A program made the position numbers and the translations under genes. Below, one piece after another: positions 16,771-20,000 of a DNA stretch of 20,000 bases (positions are counted from its first letter, which is position 1; every line of letters begins with the position of its first letter). This stretch comes from an uncultured virus (IMG/VR IMGVR_UViG_3300042465_005479) (lineage: Duplodnaviria; Heunggongvirae; Uroviricota; Caudoviricetes). The notes beneath the pieces are model-generated. The model was not told the origin of the DNA. It saw nothing but the letters and a program-made list of their open reading frames with translations, and did no database searches. The stretch is from the IMG/VR virus record IMGVR_UViG_3300042465_005479; one strand, given 5' to 3'.

Positions 16771-19700
16771 TTATGTATTTTTTAATATCATTATTGTTAA
16801 TGTGCCTTGGTTTATTGCTCCAAAACCACCACTTACCGTGGCGTTTTGACCCTGAACAGTTGCTGTATCAACCTCAACAGTATGAATTCCTGCTGATAAT
16901 GTTATAATAACCGACATATTCCAATTTGCGACCCAGTTTCCTACCGTAGCATTTCCCGTTGGGTTGTCGGCATACATTCTTTGATATCCACCGTTGGGTA
17001 ATATAATACCATCCACCACTAATGCCACATCAATTGCCGAACCACTAGTTGTTGTGGTTCCAACGGTATTAACCCCACCATTTGTTTGTATACAAACCAT
17101 AGTTTGTGTAGGTACAGTTATTGTAGTGGTCAATCCCGGTATTAATGTTAGTAATGTAGTTGTATTGGTAACGAGTAATGAGGTAGAACCTGTTATCATC
17201 GTACCAAATTGACCCAACGTAAGTGCACTACCATTACCAAAATATGTTCCACCACTAATTGTTGTTCCTGAGATACCCCCGGTTGATGATATAAGTCCGG
17301 TCGATGTTACTGAACCATCATCTTTAACATCAAATACTTCAGTATTTGCGTAATTTTTCAACGTTAAATAACTTTGAGGAGTAAATACAGAAGGTGAGTT
17401 TAGTTTAACAACTAAATTATCAAATTGTAAATTTTGATTTGCTGCGGTTGAATAATTAAAGAATACTCCAAGAGAACTCATTAAACTAGACGTGTATGTA
17501 CTATCAACTGCACTACCAATTAATGTTGTTACGGTTGTAGGGTCACCCCACGCAACTGCACCATCGTCTCTGAAATAGTATGTCCAAGTATTTGTTGATG
17601 GCGTATATACAATTCTTGCACTAACATAATTAGTACCTGCCGCGAAAACACCTCCTGAAATTATATCTGTTCTAGTACCAAATAATCCACTGGTATATCT
17701 AACTAACCTCCAATTTCTTGTTCCTGTTCCACCATAAACTAATGCGTATCCGTTACCGGTATTCAGAAGTGTTCCACTAGTACCCGCTAAAACAACTGCA
17801 GCTCCATAGGTACCGGCTGAGAATCCTGGAAATATGGTGTTTCTATTTGTTCTTAGATTAAATGACCATTCAACATTTACAGTATTTAATGATAATGTTG
17901 GATTAAATGGTGAGTTAAAACCGGATAATGGTACCGTAGTGTATGACTGACCCGCAGGATTTCCGTTTGCAATATTTAAATAAGTTGATGCCGTTATTGT
18001 TGCATTACCAGCACCTGTATTTGTATTTGTGTAGGTTAACGATGGTGAACCTCCGGGTGATAGAGTAACTCTATTATAATCATCAGTAAATGCTGAAACA
18101 GCAATCGGTGTTGACGGTAGATTGGTTGAGTTAAGAACTACAGTTCCCCCACTTATTGTTGTTGCGGATATTGTATTTGCCGTTAAACCTCCTGTAAATA
18201 TTGTTGCTCCCGTTACTGTTCCTCCTGATAATGGTAAGAAAGGTGTTGGTGGTAAATTTTGGTATGTTGTTGCTGAAATAGTAGTGGCGGTTAAACCTCC
18301 TGTAAAGTTTGTTGCACCTGTCACTGTTCCTCCTGATAATGGTAAGAAAGGTGTTGCCGGTAAATTAAAATAAGTTGTTGCTGATACTGATGTCGCACCA
18401 AAAGTACCGTTTACATCTAAATTAAAATTTAATATTGGATTGACAACATTTGTATTAACACCAACATTACCATTCCCTAATTCTTGAAGGATTAAATTCC
18501 CTGGATTTCCACCCCCGTTTGACCTAGAACTAATTGACTTCCCATTAGTTGACCCCGTGATATCCCCGTAAAATAGTATATTACCTGATATCCCCGGACT
18601 ATAATTATCGGTTGTGATTATTAATGGGCTCGAGTTATTTTTTAGTATTACTTGACCTGTTACCGTTCCACCTGATAAAGGTAAGAAAGGTGTTGGTGGT
18701 AAATTTTGGTATGTTGTTGCGGATATTGTAGTTGCAGTTAACCCTGATGCAAATGTTTGTCCCGCACTAAAATTATTATCAATATTTGTTAATGCTAAAT
18801 TATTATATTTGTTTGAATCTAAATGATAATATTGGTTAGGAAGACCTCCTTGTATGTTCGTTAAATCATTGTGAACTCCGGGAGCACCACTTGGTTGAAA
18901 TACTGATGAAAATGCCGACTGTGTAATACCTGTTGTCGCACTTACCTCAATAATAATCCTACCAACCAAAAATGTGTGTGATGTAATTAGTTCAGGTAAA
19001 TTTGGTTCACTTGAAGCGTCCGCTAATAATATATTATCGAATTGTCCATCACTAACCACCTCATATAAGTGGTCATTTAATTCTTGTCCTCTAAAATACC
19101 AATTAACTAAATATTTTCCTGCGGTTGCTGATACTAAATCAGTACCATTATCATAGTAAAGATTATTAATTGTATTTGCTGTTGTGGTATAAACCCACGT
19201 ACCGCCTGAATGGAAATTTCTAAAAAAAAGTCCTAATGAAGTTGTGTCATTAACTATTTGACGATTAGTGGCGTTCCAAACAACACCTGAAGATAAGGTT
19301 ACAATACCTGTACTTCCACTTAAACCTAACGAACAACCACTTTCTCTCGCGAATCTATCTGTATATACAATACGTTCATTTAATTTACTTGGTAAACCCG
19401 CACCCTCATCACCAAACTCTAAAACGTGAATAAAATTATTTGTTCGATAGACAATCATATATAATAGAATACTACTAAAATCAACAGTCCCCTCATTATC
19501 TAAAACATTATATCTAGGAACCCCATTATTATATTCAATTATAATATAATTTGTGTCGTTATTTATTAATGCCGGAAGTGACCCGACACCTGTGGTTCCG
19601 CTTGAAATTGAATAAAATTTAAGAGGCTCAAAAAAATTAGGGTTGTCGTATAATGCAACCGTTATCTGCGGTAAATTAATTGACCCGTCATTATTACTTG

Positions 19701-20000
19701 ACCAACCTGTGTTACCACTAATAACTCCCGGGTCATAATTAGATGGTCCAAAAATATTAAAAGTACCACCTGTACTATTTGTAAAAATAGTGTTGCCTTG
19801 GAAATATGTTCCTCCGGTAATAAAAACGTCTTTTGGTAAATTATAATATGTTGTTGCCGAAATTGTGTTTGCGGTTAAACCATCTGTAAATATTGTTGCT
19901 CCCGTTACTGTTCCTCCTGATAATGGTAAGAAAGGTGTTGCAGGCAAATTTTGATATGTTGTTGCGGAAATTGTGTTTGCAGTTAAACCATCTGTAAATA
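16771..20000 (-). CDS. Large Gly/Thr/Ser-rich modular tail-fibre/virion adhesin-like protein, 5'-truncated
   Basis: The frame stays open to the window edge (...FTDGLTANTISATTYQNLPATPF...), so the TTG at 19947 is not the start. Repeated PFLPLSGGTVTG...GLTANTISATTYxNLP units separate globular modules; contains HNDLTNIQGG...YYHL. Confidence 0.78.
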   Translation of the reverse strand, partial: FTDGLTANTISATTYQNLPATPFLPLSGGTVTGATIFTDGLTANTISATTYYNLPKDVFITGGTYFQGNTIFTNSTGGTFNIFGPSNYDPGVISGNTGWSSNNDGSINLPQITVALYDNPNFFEPLKFYSISSGTTGVGSLPALINNDTNYIIIEYNNGVPRYNVLDNEGTVDFSSILLYMIVYRTNNFIHVLEFGDEGAGLPSKLNERIVYTDRFARESGCSLGLSGSTGIVTLSSGVVWNATNRQIVNDTTSLGLFFRNFHSGGTWVYTTTANTINNLYYDNGTDLVSATAGKYLVNWYFRGQELNDHLYEVVSDGQFDNILLADASSEPNLPELITSHTFLVGRIIIEVSATTGITQSAFSSVFQPSGAPGVHNDLTNIQGGLPNQYYHLDSNKYNNLALTNIDNNFSAGQTFASGLTATTISATTYQNLPPTPFLPLSGGTVTGQVILKNNSSPLIITTDNYSPGISGNILFYGDITGSTNGKSISSRSNGGGNPGNLILQELGNGNVGVNTNVVNPILNFNLDVNGTFGATSVSATTYFNLPATPFLPLSGGTVTGATNFTGGLTATTISATTYQNLPPTPFLPLSGGTVTGATIFTGGLTANTISATTISGGTVVLNSTNLPSTPIAVSAFTDDYNRVTLSPGGSPSLTYTNTNTGAGNATITASTYLNIANGNPAGQSYTTVPLSGFNSPFNPTLSLNTVNVEWSFNLRTNRNTIFPGFSAGTYGAAVVLAGTSGTLLNTGNGYALVYGGTGTRNWRLVRYTSGLFGTRTDIISGGVFAAGTNYVSARIVYTPSTNTWTYYFRDDGAVAWGDPTTVTTLIGSAVDSTYTSSLMSSLGVFFNYSTAANQNLQFDNLVVKLNSPSVFTPQSYLTLKNYANTEVFDVKDDGSVTSTGLISSTGGISGTTISGGTYFGNGSALTLGQFGTMITGSTSLLVTNTTTLLTLIPGLTTTITVPTQTMVCIQTNGGVNTVGTTTTSGSAIDVALVVDGIILPNGGYQRMYADNPTGNATVGNWVANWNMSVIITLSAGIHTVEVDTATVQGQNATVSGGFGAINQGTLTIMILKNT
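18150..20000 (-). repeat. Dispersed 108-bp (36-aa) repeat units in the fibre gene
   Basis: The GGTAAGAAAGGTGTTG core occurs at 18233, 18341 (108 bp later), 18680 and 19925. Perfect matches: 57 bp (18192-18248 = 19884-19940) and 41 bp (18233-18273 = 18680-18720). Confidence 0.9.

Noticed and set aside
1371..19156. Short alternative-frame ORFs (1371-1553, 1869-2150, 5307-5582, 5772-6218, 6480-6719, 7804-7992, 11758-11940, 12369-12632, 12692-13168, 13500-13739, 15445-15711, 15799-16011, 16492-16728, 16994-17212, 18122-18373, 18974-19156)
   Set aside because: All overlap longer, motif-supported genes, either antisense or out of frame, and show no recognisable motifs; treated as shadow ORFs.
19945..19947. 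ORF-track start of the fibre gene at TTG 19947
   Set aside because: It is a Leu codon inside a repeat unit (YQNLP); the frame continues to the window edge.
13780..20000. Repeats as diversity-generating retroelement TR/VR pairs
   Set aside because: All copies are in-frame coding, differences are not adenine-specific, and no reverse transcriptase is in the window.
1..20000. Stop-codon reassignment (no accepted gene ends in TAG)
   Set aside because: Genes are full length under the standard code with no TAG-interrupted frames; TAA dominance is expected in AT-rich DNA, so there is no positive evidence for recoding.
1..20000. Eukaryotic giant virus (NCLDV) origin suggested by SNF2, PolB, Gnt1-like and LCIB-like genes
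   Set aside because: The gp13-like neck and BppU-like genes, overlapping operon-style genes and rho-independent terminators favour a tailed bacteriophage.
1..20000. tRNA, rRNA or other structured RNA genes
   Set aside because: Intergenic gaps are at most about 125 bp and are accounted for by terminators and promoter-like motifs; no cloverleaf or rRNA-like sequence was seen.

Overview
AT-rich, gene-dense segment that reads as part of a large tailed (T4-like/jumbo-type) bacteriophage genome, probably infecting a Bacteroidota host (inference). Plus strand: 5'-truncated SNF2-type helicase, a PD-(D/E)XK-like protein, a T4 gp13-like neck protein and a small probable virion protein. Minus strand, listed left to right: family B DNA polymerase; an LCIB/theta-class carbonic anhydrase-like protein; a BppU-like protein with a 60-bp tandem-repeat tail; a tightly coupled five-gene glycosylation cluster (HtrL+GT-A fusion, GT2, HtrL-like, DxD protein, Gnt1/GT60-like GlcNAc transferase); a Pro/Thr-rich, Cys-rich, PKD/DUF285 protein; a small fibre-like protein; and a modular repeat-linked fibre protein that runs off the right edge. 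Highlights: (1) a phage theta-type carbonic anhydrase with intact Cys/His/Cys ligands; (2) a candidate protein O-glycosylation system, with a GT60-like enzyme directly beside a mucin-like (PT)n protein; (3) no GATC found in 20 kb, plus CCGG excess and CCAG/CTGG deficit; (4) a recurring TATTTAT upstream motif; (5) perfect direct repeats flanking fibre modules. All family calls come from motif recognition by eye, not database searches, and all counts are manual.
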